Source: Auanema rhodensis (Eukaryota; Animalia; Nematoda). From it: 64,000 nucleotides of DNA. Of the stretch, positions 13,901-29,265 are shown in pieces (within the stretch, counting starts at the first letter, position 1; the number at the start of each line of letters is the position of its first letter). The stretch covers positions 1 to 64,000 of the forward strand of contig CAXKVF010000095.1 in the NCBI GenBank assembly GCA_964057225.1, read 5' to 3'. The position numbers and the translations under genes were made by a program. The notes under the pieces were generated by a model. The model saw only the letters and a list, made by a program, of their open reading frames with translations. It ran no database searches and was not told the DNA's origin.

Positions 13901-14607
13901 ATTAGCATAAATTAAAGTTCACGTAAATTTCAAAGTCATGGTTACCATGCACCAATATCAATAAAAATTTGTTTTTAGACTAATATGGACATGGGGAATC
14001 TAATTTTGAAAACCGCATCTCTTCATCTTTCACGTGAAGCGAGTTACATACCAAGTGCACATCACGTGTACATTTAATTAGCATAAATTAAAGTTCACGT
14101 AAATTTCAAAGTCATGGTTACCATGAACCAATATCAATAAAAATTTGTTTTTAGACTAATATGGACATGGGGAATCTAATTTTGAAAACCGCATCTCTTT
14201 ATCTTTCACGTGAAGCGAGTTACATACCAAGTGCACATCACGTGTACATTTAATTAGCATAAATTAAAGTTCACGTAAATTTCAAAGTCATGGTTACCAT
14301 GAACCAATATCAATAAAAATTTGTTTTTAGACTAATATGGACATGGGGAATCTAATTTTGAAAACCGCATCTCTTCATCTTTCACGTGAAGCGAGTTACA
14401 TACCAAGTGCACATCACGTGTACATTTAATTAGCATAAATTAAAGTTCACGTAAATTTCAAAGTCATGGTTACCATGCACCAATATCAATAAAAATTTGT
14501 TTTTAGACTAATATGGACATGGGGAATCTAATTTTGAAAACCGCATCTCTTTATCTTTCACGTGAAGCGAGTTACATACCAAGTGCACATCACGTGTACA
14601 TTTAATT

Positions 14608-15663
14608 AGCATAAATTAAAGTTCACGTAAATTTCAAAGTCATGGTTACCATGAACCAATATCAATAAAAATTTGTTTTTAGACTAATATGGACATGGGG
14701 AATCTAATTTTGAAAACCGCATCTCTTCATCTTTCACGTGAAGCGAGTTACATACCAAGTGCACATCACGTGTACATTTAATTAGCATAAATTAAAGTTC
14801 AAGTAAATTTCAAAGTCATGGTTACCATGAACCAATATCAATAAAAATTTGTTTTTAGACTAATATGGACATGGGGAATCTAATTTTGAAAACCGCATCT
14901 CTTTATCTTTCACGTGAAGCGAGTTACATACCAAGTGCACATCACGTGTACATTTAATTAGCATAAATTAAAGTTCACGTAAATTTCAAAGTCATGGTTA
15001 CCATGAACCAATATCAATAAAAATTTGTTTTTAGACTAATATGGACATGGGGAATCTAATTTTGAAAACCGCATCTCTTTATCTTTCACGTGAAGCGAGT
15101 TACATACCAAGTGCACATCACGTGTACATTTAATTAGCATAAATTAAAGTTCACGTAAATTTCAAAGTCATGGTTACCATGAACCAATATCAATAAAAAT
15201 TTGTTTTTAGACTAATATGGACATGGGGAATCTAATTTTGAAAACCGCATCTCTTCATCTTTCACGTGAAGCGAGTTACATACCAAGTGCACATCACGTG
15301 TACATTTAATTAGCATAAATTAAAGTTCAAGTAAATTTCAAAGTCATGGTTACCATGAACCAATATCAATAAAAATTTGTTTTTAGACTAATATGGACAT
15401 GGGGAATCTAATTTTGAAAACCGCATCTCTTTATCTTTCACGTGAAGCGAGTTACATACCAAGTGCACATCACGTGTACATTTAATTAGCATAAATTAAA
15501 GTTCACGTAAATTTCAAAGTCATGGTTACCATGAACCAATATCAATAAAAATTTGTTTTTAGACTAATATGGACATGGGGAATCTAATTTTGAAAACCGC
15601 ATCTCTTTATCTTTCACGTGAAGCGAGTTACATACCAAGTGCACATCACGTGTACATTTAATT
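14608..15663 (+). repeat. Tandem duplication of a 3-monomer block (2 x 528 bp)
   Basis: CTCTTC 14728/15256 and TTCAAGT 14802/15330. Edges approximate. Confidence 0.85.
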
Positions 15664-16543
15664 AGCATAAATTAAAGTTCACGTAAATTTCAAAGTCATG
15701 GTTACCATGAACCAATATCAATAAAAATTTGTTTTCAGACTAATATGGACATGGGGAATCTAATTTTGAAAACCGCATCTCTTCATCTTTCACGTGAAGC
15801 GAGTTACATACCAAGTGCACATCACGTGTACATTTAATTAGCATAAATTAAAGTTCACGTAAATTTCAAAGTCATGGTTACCATGCACCAATATCAATAA
15901 AAATTTGTTTTTAGACTAATATGGACATGGGGAATCTAATTTTGAAAACCGCATCTCTTTATCTTTCACGTGAAGCGAGTTACATACCAAGTGCACATCA
16001 CGTGTACATTTAATTAGCATAAATTAAAGTTCACGTAAATTTCAAAGTCATGGTTACCATGAACCAATATCAATAAAAATTTGTTTTTAGACTAATATGG
16101 ACATGGGGAATCTAATTTTGAAAACCGCATCTCTTCATCTTTCACGTGAAGCGAGTTACATACCAAGTGCACATCACGTGTACATTTAATTAGCATAAAT
16201 TAAAGTTCACGTAAATTTCAAAGTCATGGTTACCATGCACCAATATCAATAAAAATTTGTTTTTAGACTAATATGGACATGGGGAATCTAATTTTGAAAA
16301 CCGCATCTCTTTATCTTTCACGTGAAGCGAGTTACATACCAAGTGCACATCACGTGTACATTTAATTAGCATAAATTAAAGTTCACGTAAATTTCAAAGT
16401 CATGGTTACCATGAACCAATATCAATAAAAATTTGTTTTTAGACTAATATGGACATGGGGAATCTAATTTTGAAAACCGCATCTCTTTATCTTTCACGTG
16501 AAGCGAGTTACATACCAAGTGCACATCACGTGTACATTTAATT

Positions 16544-17599
16544 AGCATAAATTAAAGTTCACGTAAATTTCAAAGTCATGGTTACCATGCACCAATATCA
16601 ATAAAAATTTGTTTTTAGACTAATATGGACATGGGGAATCTAATTTTGAAAACCGCATCTCTTTATCTTTCACGTGAAGCGAGTTACATACCAAGTGCAC
16701 ATCATGTGTACATTTAATTAGCATAAATTAAAGTTCACGTAAATTTCAAAGTCATGGTTACCATGCACCAATATCAATAAAAATTTGTTTTTAGACTAAT
16801 ATGGACATGGGGAATCTAATTTTGAAAACCGCATCTCTTTATCTTTCACGTGAAGCGAGTTACATACCAAGTGCACATCACGTGTACATTTAATTAGCAT
16901 AAATTAAAGTTCACGTAAATTTCAAAGTCATGGTTACCATGCACCATTATCAATAAAAATTTGTTTTTAGACTAATATGGACATGGGGAATCTAATTTTG
17001 AAAACCGCATCTCTTTATCTTTCACGTGAAGCGAGTTACATACCAAGTGCACATCACGTGTACATTTAATTAGCATAAATTAAAGTTCACGTAAATTTCA
17101 AAGTCATGGTTACCATGCACCAATATCAATAAAAATTTGTTTTTAGACTAATATGGACATGGGGAATCTAATTTTGAAAACCGCATCTCTTTATCTTTCA
17201 CGTGAAGCGAGTTACATACCAAGTGCACATCATGTGTACATTTAATTAGCATAAATTAAAGTTCACGTAAATTTCAAAGTCATGGTTACCATGCACCAAT
17301 ATCAATAAAAATTTGTTTTTAGACTAATATGGACATGGGGAATCTAATTTTGAAAACCGCATCTCTTTATCTTTCACGTGAAGCGAGTTACATACCAAGT
17401 GCACATCACGTGTACATTTAATTAGCATAAATTAAAGTTCACGTAAATTTCAAAGTCATGGTTACCATGCACCATTATCAATAAAAATTTGTTTTTAGAC
17501 TAATATGGACATGGGGAATCTAATTTTGAAAACCGCATCTCTTTATCTTTCACGTGAAGCGAGTTACATACCAAGTGCACATCACGTGTACATTTAATT
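16544..17599 (+). repeat. Tandem duplication of a 3-monomer block (2 x 528 bp)
   Basis: CATCATGTG 16705/17233 and CACCATT 16947/17475. Confidence 0.87.
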
Positions 17600-20500
17600 A
17601 GCATAAATTAAAGTTCACGTAAATTTCAAAGTCATGGTTACCATGCACCAATATCAATAAAAATTTGTTTTTAGACTAATATGGACATGGGGAATCTAAT
17701 TTTGAAAACCGCATCTCTTTATCTTTCACGTGAAGCGAGTTACATACCAAGTGCACATCACGTGTACATTTAATTAGCATAAATTAAAGTTCACGTAAAT
17801 TTCAAAGTCATGGTTACCATGAACCAATATCAATAAAAATTTGTTTTTAGACTAATATGGACATGGGGAATCTAATTTTGAAAACCGCATCTCTTCATCT
17901 TTCACGTGAAGCGAGTTACATACCAAGTGCACATCACGTGTACATTTAATTAGCATAAATTAAAGTTCACGTAAATTTCAAAGTCATGGTTACCATGCAC
18001 CAATATCAATAAAAATTTGTTTTTAGACTAATATGGACATGGGGAATCTAATTTTGAAAACCGCATCTCTTTATCTTTCACGTGAAGCGAGTTACATACC
18101 AAGTGCACATCACGTGTACATTTAATTAGCATAAATTAAAGTTCACGTAAATTTCAAAGTCATGGTTACCATGAACCAATATCAATAAAAATTTGTTTTT
18201 AGACTAATATGGACATGGGGAATCTAATTTTGAAAACCGCATCTCTTTATCTTTCACGTGAAGCGAGTTACATACCAAGTGCACATCATGTGTACATTTA
18301 ATTAGCATAAATTAAAGTTCACGTAAATTTCAAAGTCATGGTTACCATGCACCAATATCAATAAAAATTTGTTTTTAGACTAATATGGACATGGGGAATC
18401 TAATTTTGAAAACCGCATCTCTTTATCTTTCACGTGAAGCGAGTTACATACCAAGTGCACATCACGTGTACATTTAATTAGCATAAATTAAAGTTCACGT
18501 AAATTTCAAAGTCATGGTTACCATGAACCAATATCAATAAAAATTTGTTTTTAGACTAATATGGACATGGGGAAGCTAATTTTGAAAACCGCATCTCTTT
18601 ATCTTTCACGTGAAGCGAGTTACATACCAAGTGCACATCACGTGTACATTTAATTAGCATAAATTAAAGTTCACGTAAATTTCAAAGTCATGGTTACCAT
18701 GCACCAATATCAATAAAAATTTGTTTTTAGACTAATATGGACATGGGGAATCTAATTTTGAAAACCGCATCTCTTTATCTTTCACGTGAAGCGAGTTACA
18801 TACCAAGTGCACATCACGTGTACATTTAATTAGCATAAATTAAAGTTCACGTAAATTTCAAAGTCATGGTTACCATGAACCAATATCAATAAAAATTTGT
18901 TTTTAGACTAATATGGACATGGGGGATCTAATTTTGAAAACCGCATCTCTTCATCTTTCACGTGAAGCGAGTTACATACCAAGTGCACATCACGTGTACA
19001 TTTAATTAGCATAAATTAAAGTTCACGTAAATTTCAAAGTCATGGTTACCATGCACCAATATCAATAAAAATTTGTTTTTAGACTAATATGGACATGGGG
19101 AATCTAATTTTGAAAACCGCATCTCTTTATCTTTCACGTGAAGCGAGTTACATACCAAGTGCACATCACGTGTACATTTAATTAGCATAAATTAAAGTTC
19201 ACGTAAATTTCAAAGTCATGGTTACCATGAACCAATATCAATAAAAATTTGTTTTTAGACTAATATGGACATGGGGAATCTAATTTTGAAAACCGCATCT
19301 CTTTATCTTTCACGTGAAGCGAGTTACATACCAAGTGCACATCACGTGTACATTTAATTAGCATAAATTAAAGTTCACGTAAATTTCAAAGTCATGGTTA
19401 CCATGAACCAATATCAATAAAAATTTGTTTTTAGACTAATATGGACATGGGGAATCTAATTTTGAAAACCGCATCTCTTTATCTTTCACGTGAAGCGAGT
19501 TACATACCAAGTGCACATCACGTGTACATTTAATTAGCATAAATTAAAGTTCACGTAAATTTCAAAGTCATGGTTACCATGAACCAATATCAATAAAAAT
19601 TTGTTTTTAGACTAATATGGACATGGGGAATCTAATTTTGAAAACCGCATCTCTTTATCTTTCACGTGAAGCGAGTTACATACCAAGTGCACATCACGTG
19701 TACATTTAATTAGCATAAATTAAAGTTCACGTAAATTTCAAAGTCATGGTTACCATGCACCAATATCAATAAAAATTTGTTTTTAGACTAATATGGACAT
19801 GGGGAATCTAATTTTGAAAACCGCATCTCTTTATCTTTCACGTGAAGCGAGTTACATACCAAGTGCACATCATGTGTACATTTAATTAGCATAAATTAAA
19901 GTTCACGTAAATTTCAAAGTCATGGTTACCATGCACCAATATCAATAAAAATTTGTTTTTAGACTAATATGGACATGGGGAATCTAATTTTGAAAACCGC
20001 ATCTCTTTATCTTTCACGTGAAGCGAGTTACATACCAAGTGCACATCACGTGTACATTTAATTAGCATAAATTAAAGTTCACGTAAATTTCAAAGTCATG
20101 GTTACCATGAACCAATATCAATAAAAATTTGTTTTTAGACTAATATGGATATGGGGAATCTAATTTTGAAAACCGCATCTCTTTATCTTTCACGTGAAGC
20201 GAATTACATACCAAGTGCACATCACGTGTACATTTAATTAGCATAAATTAAAGTTCACGTAAATTTCAAAGTCATGGTTACCATGAACCAATATCAATAA
20301 AAATTTGTTTTTAGACTAATATGGACATGGGGAATCTAATTTTGAAAACCGCATCTCTTTATCTTTCACGTGAAGCGAGTTACATACCAAGTGCACATCA
20401 CGTGTACATTTAATTAGCATAAATTAAAGTTCACGTAAATTTCAAAGTCATGGTTACCATGCACCAATATCAATAAAAATTTGTTTTTAGACTAATATGG

Positions 20501-23500
20501 ACATGGGGAATCTAATTTTGAAAACCGCATCTCTTTATCTTTCACGTGAAGCGAGTTACATACCAAGTGCACATCATGTGTACATTTAATTAGCATAAAT
20601 TAAAGTTCACGTAAATTTCAAAGTCATGGTTACCATGCACCAATATCAATAAAAATTTGTTTTTAGACTAATATGGACATGGGGAATCTAATTTTGAAAA
20701 CCGCATCTCTTTATCTTTCACGTGAAGCGAGTTACATACCAAGTGCACATCACGTGTACATTTAATTAGCATAAATTAAAGTTCACGTAAATTTCAAAGT
20801 CATGGTTACCATGAACCAATATCAATAAAAATTTGTTTTTAGACTAATATGGACATGAGGAATCTAATTTTGAAAACCGCATCTCTTTATCTTTCACGTG
20901 AAGCGAGTTACATACCAAGTGCACATCATGTGTACATTTAATTAGCATAAATTAAAGTTCACGTAAATTTCAAAGTCATGGTTACCATGCACCAATATCA
21001 ATAAAAATTTGTTTTTAGACTAATATGGACATGGGGAATCTAATTTTGAAAACCGCATCTCTTTATCTTTCACGTGAAGCGAGTTACATACCAAGTGCAC
21101 ATCACGTGTACATTTAATTAGCATAAATTAAAGTTCACGTAAATTTCAAAGTCATGGTTACCATGAACCAATATCAATAAAAATTTGTTTTTAGACTAAT
21201 ATGGACATGGGAGATCTAATTTTGAAAACCGCATCTCTTCATCTTTCACGTGAAGCGAGTTACATACCAAGTGCACATCACGTGTACATTTAATTAGCAT
21301 AAATTAAAGTTCACGTAAATTTCAAAGTCATGGTTACCATGCACCAATATCAATAAAAATTTGTTTTTAGACTAATATGGACATGGGGAATCTAATTTTG
21401 AAAACCGCATCTCTTTATCTTTCACGTGAAGCGAGTTACATACCAAGTGCACATCACGTGTACATTTAATTAGCATAAATTAAAGTTCACGTAAATTTCA
21501 AAGTCATGGTTACCATGAACCAATATCAATAAAAATTTGTTTTTAGACTAATATGGACATGGGGAATCTAATTTTGAAAACCGCATCTCTTTATCTTTCA
21601 CGTGAAGCGAGTTACATACCAAGTGCACATCACGTGTACATTTAATTAGCATAAATTAAAGTTCACGTAAATTTCAAAGTCATGGTTACCATGAACCAAT
21701 ATCAATAAAAATTTGTTTTTAGACTAATATGGACATGGGGAATCTAATTTTGAAAACCGCATCTCTTTATCTTTCACGTGAAGCGAGTTACATACCAAGT
21801 GCACATCACGTGTACATTTAATTAGCATAAATTAAAGTTCACGTAAATTTTAAAGTCATGGTTACCATGAACCAATATCAATAAAAATTTGTTTTTAGAC
21901 TAATATGGACATGGGGAATCTAATTTTGAAAACCGCATCTCTTTATCTTTCACGTGAAGCCAGTTACATACCAAGTGCACATCACGTGTACATTTAATTA
22001 GCATAAATTAAAGTTCACGTAAATTTCAAAGTCATGGTTACCATGCACCAATATCAATAAAAATTTGTTTTTAGACTAATATGGACATGGGGAATCTAAT
22101 TTTGAAAACCGCATCTCTTTATCTTTCACGTGAAGCGAGTTACATACCAAGTGCACATCATGTGTACATTTAATTAGCATAAATTAAAGTTCACGTAAAT
22201 TTCAAAGTCATGGTTACCATGCACCAATATCAATAAAAATTTGTTTTTAGACTAATATGGACATGGGGAATCTAATTTTGAAAACCGCATCTCTTTATCT
22301 TTCACGTGCAGCGAGTTACATACCAAGTGCACATCACGTGTACATTTAATTAGCATAAATTAAAGTTCACGTAAATTTCAAAGTCATGGTTACCATGCAT
22401 CAATATCAATAAAATATTGTTTTTAGACTAATATGGAAATGGGGAATCTAATTTTGAAAACCGCATCTCTTTATCTTTGACGTGAAGCGAGTTACATACC
22501 AAGTGCACATCACGTGTACATTTAATTAGCATAAATTAAAGTTCACGTAAATTTCAAAGTCATGGTTACCATGAACCAATATCAATAAAAATTTGTTTTT
22601 AGACTAATATGGACATGGGGAATCTAATTTTGAAAACCGCATCTCTTTATCTTTCACGTGAAGCGAGTTACATACCAAGTGCACATCACGTGTACATTTA
22701 ATTAGCATAAATTAAAGTTCACGTAAATTTCAAAGTCATGGTTACCATGCACCAATATCAATAAAAATTTGTTTTTAGACTAATATGGACATGGGGAATC
22801 TAATTTTGAAAACCGCATCTCTTTATCTTTCACGTGAAGCGAGTTACATACCAAGTGCACATCATGTGTACATTTAATTAGCATAAATTAAAGTTCACGT
22901 AAATTTCAAAGTCATGGTTACCATGCACCAATATCAATAAAAATTTGTTTTTAGACTAATATGGACATGGGGAATCTAATTTTGAAAACCGCATCTCTTT
23001 ATCTTTCACGTGAAGCGAGTTACATACCAAGTGCACATCACGTGTACATTTAATTAGCATAAATTAAAGTTCACGTAAATTTCAAAGTCATGGTTACCAT
23101 GCACCAATATCAATAAAAATTTGTTTTTAGACTAATATGGACATGGGGGATCTAATTTTGAAAACCGCATCTCTTTATCTTTCACGTGCAGCGAGTTACA
23201 TACCAAGTGCACATCACGTGTACATTTAATTAGCATAAATTAAAGTTCACGTAAATTTCAAAGTCATGGTTACCATGAAGCAATATCAATAAAAATTTGT
23301 TTTTAGACTAATATGGACATGGGGAATCTAATTTTGAAAACCGCATCTCTTTATCTTTCACGTGAAGCGAGTTACATACCAAGTGCACATCACGTGTACA
23401 TTTAATTAGCATAAATTAAAGTTCACGTAAATTTCAAAGTCATGGTTACCATGAACCAATATCAATAAAAATTTGTTTTTAGACTAATATGGACATGGGG

Positions 23501-25519
23501 AATCTAATTTTGAAAACCGCATCTCTTTATCTTTCACGTGAAGCGAGTCACATACCAAGTGCACATCACGTGTACATTTAATTAGCATAAATTAAAGTTC
23601 ACGTAAATTTCAAAGTCATGGTTACCATGAACCAATATCAATAAAAATTTGTTTTTAGACTAATATGGACATGGGGAATCTAATTTTGAAAACCGCATCT
23701 CTTTATCTTTCACGTGAAGCGAATTACATACCAAGTGCACATCACGTGTACATTTAATTAGCATAAATTAAAGTTCACGTAAATTTCAAAGTCATGGTTA
23801 CCATGAACCAATATCAATAAAAATTTGTTTTTAGACTAATATGGACATGGGGAATCTAATTTTGAAAACCGCATCTCTTTATCTTTCACGTGAAGCGAGT
23901 TACATACCAAGTGCACATCACGTGTACATTTAATTAGCATAAATTAAAGTTCACGTAAATTTCAAAGTCATGGTTACCATGAACTAATATCAATAAAAAT
24001 TTGTTTTTAGACTAATATGGACATGGGGAATCTAATTTTGAAAACCGCATCTCTTTATCTTTCACGTGAAGCGAGTTACATACCAAGTGCACATCACGTG
24101 TACATTTAATTAGCATAAATTAAAGTTCACGTAAATTTCAAAGTCATGGTTACCATGAAGCAATATCAATAAAAATTTGTTTTTAGACTAATATGGACAG
24201 GGGGGATCTAATTTTGAAAACCGCATCTCTTTATCTTTCACGTGAAGCGAGTTACATACCAAGTGCACATCACGTGTACATTTAATTAGCATAAATTAAA
24301 GTTCACGTAAATTTCAAAGTCATGGTTACCATGAACCAATATCAATAAAAATTTGTTTTTAGACTAATATGGACATGGGGAATCTAATTTTGAAAACCGC
24401 ATCTCTTTATCTTTCACGTGAAGCGAGTTACATACCAAGTGCACATCACGTGTACATTTAATTAGCATAAATTAAAGTTCACGTAAATTTCAAAGTCATG
24501 GTTACCATGAACCAATATCAATAAAAAGTTGTTTTTAGACTAATATGGACATGGGGAATCTAATTTTGAAAACCGCATCTCTTTATCTTTCACGTGAAGC
24601 GAGTTACATACCAAGTGCACATCACGTGTACATTTAATTAGCATAAATTAAAGTTCACGTAAATTTCAAAGTCATGGTTACCATGAAGCAATATCAATAA
24701 AAATTTGTTTTTAGACTAATATGGACATGGGGAATCTAATTTTGAAAACCGCATCTCTTTATCTTTCACGTGAAGCGAGTTACATACCAAGTGCACATCA
24801 CGTGTACATTTAATTAGCATAAATTAAAGTTCACGTAAATTTCAAAGTCATGGTTACCATGAACCAATATCAATAAAAATTTGTTTTTAGACTAATATGG
24901 ACATGGGGAATCTAATTTTGAAAACCGCATCTCTTTATCTTTCACGTGAAGCGAGTCACATACCAAGTGCACATCACGTGTACATTTAATTAGCATAAAT
25001 TAAAGTTCACGTAAATTTCAAAGTCATGGTTACCATGAACCAATATCAATAAAAATTTGTTTTTAGACTAATATGGACATGGGGAATCTAATTTTGAAAA
25101 CCGCATCTCTTTATCTTTCACGTGAAGCGAGTTACATACCAAGTGCACATCACGTGTACATTTAATTAGCATAAATTAAAGTTCACGTAAATTTCAAAGT
25201 CATGGTTACCATGAACCAATATCAATAAAAATTTGTTTTTAGACTAATATGGACATGGGGAATCTAATTTTGAAAACCGCATCTCTTTATCTTTCACGTG
25301 AAGCGAGTTACATACCAAGTGCACATCACGTGTTCATTTAATTAGCATAAATTAAAGTTCACGTAAATTTCAAAGTCATGGTTACCATGAAGCAATATCA
25401 ATAAAAATTTGTTTTTAGACTAATATGGACATGGGGAATCTAATTTTGAAAACCGCATCTCTTTATCTTTCACGTGAAGCGAGTTACATACCAAGTGCAC
25501 ATCACGTGTACATTTAATT

Positions 25520-25632
25520 AGCATAAATTAAAGTTCACGTAAATTTCAAAGTCATGGTTACCATGAAGCAATCATATATCTTTCACGTGAAGCGAGTTAC
25601 ATACCAAGTGCACATCACGTGTACATTTAATT
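25520..25632 (+). repeat. Truncated 113-bp monomer, copy 1
   Basis: Offsets 54-120 (67 bp) are replaced by CATA at 25573-25576: ...GAAGCAAT-CATA-TATCTTTCACG... Confidence 0.96.
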
Positions 25633-28600
25633 AGCATAAATTAAAGTTCACGTAAATTTCAAAGTCATGGTTACCATGAAGCAATATCAATAAAAATTTG
25701 TTTTTAGACTAATATGGACATGGGGAATCTAATTTTGAAAACCGCATCTCTTTATCTTTCACGTGAAGCGAGTTACATACCAAGTGCACATCACGTGTAC
25801 ATTTAATTAGCATAAATTAAAGTTCACGTAAATTTCAAAGTCATGGTTACCATGAAGCAATATCAATAAAAATTTGTTTTTAGACTAATATGGACATGGG
25901 GAATCTAATTTTGAAAACCGCATCTCTTTATCTTTCACGTGAAGCGAGTTACATACCAGGTGCACATCACGTGTACATTTAATTAGCATAAATTAAAGTT
26001 CACGTAAATTTCAAAGTCATGGTTACCATGAACCAATATCAATAAAAATTTGTTTTTAGACTAATATGGACATGGGGAATCTAATTTTGAAAACCGCATC
26101 TCTTTATCTTTCACGTGAAGCGAGTTACATACCAAGTGCACATCACGTGTACATTTAATTAGCATAAATTAAAGTTCACGTAAATTTCAAAGTCATGGTT
26201 ACCATGAAGCAATATCAATAAAAATTTGTTTTTAGACTAATATGGACATGGGGAATCTAATTTTGAAAACCGCATCTCTTTATCTTTCACGTGAAGCGAG
26301 TTACATACCAAGTGCACATCACGTGTACATTTAATTAGCATAAATTAAAGTTCACGTAAATTTCAAAGTCATGGTTACCATGAAGCAATATCAATAAAAA
26401 TTTGTTTTTAGACTAATATGGACATGGGGAATCTAATTTTGAAAACCGCATCTCTTTATCTTTCACGTGAAGCGAGTTACATACCAAGTGCACATCACGT
26501 GTACATTTAATTAGCATAAATTAAAGTTCACGTAAATTTCAAAGTCATGGTTACCATGGAGCAATATCAATAAAAATTTGTTTTTAGACTAATATGGACA
26601 TGGGGAATCTAATTTTGAAAACCGCATCTCTTTATCTTTCACGTGAAGCGAGTTACATACCAAGTGCACATCACGTGTACATTTAATTAGCATAAATTAA
26701 AGTTCACGTAAATTTCAAAGTCATGGTTACCATGAACCAATATCAATAAAAATTTGTTTTTAGACTAATATGGACATGGGGAATCTAATTTTGAAAACCG
26801 CATCTCTTTATCTTTCACGTGAAGCGAGTTACATACCAAGTGCACATCACGTGTACATTTAATTAGCATAAATTAAAGTTCACGTAAATTTCAAAGTCAT
26901 GGTTACCATGGAGCAATATCAATAAAAATTTGTTTTTAGACTAATATGGACATGGGGAATCTAATTTTGAAAACCGCATCTCTTTATCTTTCACGTGAAG
27001 CGAATTACATACCAAGTGCACATCACGTGTACATTTAATTAGCATAAATTAAAGTTCACGTAAATTTCAAAGTCATGGTTACCATGGAGCAATATCAATA
27101 AAAATTTGTTTTTAGACTAATATGGACATGGGGAATCTAATTTTGAAAACCGCATCTCTTTATCTTTCACGTGAAGCGAGTTACATACCAAGTGCACATC
27201 ACGTGTACATTTAATTAGCATAAATTAAAGTTCACGTAAATTTCAAAGTCATGGTTACCATGAAGCAATATCAATAAAAATTTGTTTTTAGACTAATATG
27301 GACATGGGGAATCTAATTTTGAAAACCGCATCTCTTTATCTTTCACGTGAAGCGAGTTACATACCAAGTGCACATCACGTGTACATTTAATTAGCATAAA
27401 TTAAAGTTCACGTAAATTTCAAAGTCATGGTTACCATGAACCATTATCAATAAAAATTTGTTTTTAGACTAATATGGACATGGGGAATCTAATTTTGAAA
27501 ACCGCATCTCTTTATCTTTCACGTGAAGCGAGTTACATACCAAGTGCACATCACGTGTACATTTAATTAGCATAAATTAAAGTTCACGTAAAATTCAAAG
27601 TCATGGTTACCATGAACCAATATCAATAAAAATTTGTTTTTAGACTAATATGGACAAGGGGAATCTAATTTTGAAAACCGCATCTCTTTATCTTTCACGT
27701 GAAGCGAGTTACATACCAAGTGCACATCACGTGTACATTTAATTAGCATAAATTAAAGTTCACGTAAATTTCAAAGTCATGGTTACCATTAAGCAATATC
27801 AATAAAAATTTGTTTTTAGACTAATATGGACATGGGGAATCTAATTTTGAAAACCGCATCTCTTTATCTTTCACGTGAAGCGAGTTACATACCAAGTGCA
27901 CATCACGTGTACATTTAATTAGCATAAATTAAAGTTCACGTAAATTTCAAAGTCATGGTTACCATGAAGCAATATCAATAAAAATTTGTTTTTAGACTAA
28001 TATGGACATGGGGAATCTAATTTTGAAAACCGCATCTCTTCATCTTTCACGTGAAGCGAGTTACATACCAAGTGCACATCACGTGTACATTTAATTAGCA
28101 TAAATTAAAGTTCACGTAAATTTCAAAGTCATGGTTACCATGAAGCAATATCAATAAAAATTTGTTTTTAGACTAATATGGACATGGGGAATCTAATTTT
28201 GAAAACGGCATCTCTTTATCTTTCACGTGAAGCGAGTTACATACCAAGTGCACATCACGTGTACATTTAATTAGCATAAATTAAAGTTCACGTAAATTTC
28301 AAAGTCATGGTTACCATGAAGCAATATCAATAAAAATTTGTTTTTAGACTAATATGGACATGGGGAATCTAATTTTGAAAACCGCATCTCTTTATCTTTC
28401 ACGTGAAGCGAGTTACATACCAAGTGCACATCACGTGTACATTTAATTAGCATAAATTAAAGTTCACGTAAATTTCAAAGTCATGGTTACCATGAAGCAA
28501 TATCAATAAAAATTTGTTTTTAGACTAATATGGACATGGGGAATCTAATTTTGAAAACCGCATCTCTTTATCTTTCACGTGAAGCGAGTTACATACCAAG

Positions 28601-29152
28601 TGCACATCACGTGTACATTTAATTAGCATAAATTAAAATTCACGTAAATTTCAAAGTCATGGTTACCATGAACCAATATCAATAAAAATTTGTTTTTAGA
28701 CTAATATGGACATGGGGAATCTAATTTTGAAAACCGCATCTCTTTATCTTTCACGTGAAGCGAGTTACATACCAAGTGCACATCACGTGTACATTTAATT
28801 AGCATAAATTAAAGTTCACGTAAATTTCAAAGTCATGGTTACCATGAACCAATATCAATAAAAATTTGTTTTTAGACTAATATGGACATGGGGAATCTAA
28901 TTTTGAAAACCGCATCTCTTTATCTTTCACGTGAAGCGAGTTACATACCAAGTGCACATCACGTGTTCATTTAATTAGCATAAATTAAAGTTCACGTAAA
29001 TTTCAAAGTCATGGTTACCATGAAGCAATATCAATAAAAATTTGTTTTTAGACTAATATGGACATGGGGAATCTAATTTTGAAAACCGCATCTCTTTATC
29101 TTTCACGTGAAGCGAGTTACATACCAAGTGCACATCACGTGTACATTTAATT

Positions 29153-29265
29153 AGCATAAATTAAAGTTCACGTAAATTTCAAAGTCATGGTTACCATGAA
29201 GCAATCATATATCTTTCACGTGAAGCGAGTTACATACCAAGTGCACATCACGTGTACATTTAATT
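29153..29265 (+). repeat. Truncated 113-bp monomer, copy 2
   Basis: Identical junction to copy 1, CATA at 29206-29209, 3633 bp downstream. Confidence 0.96.
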
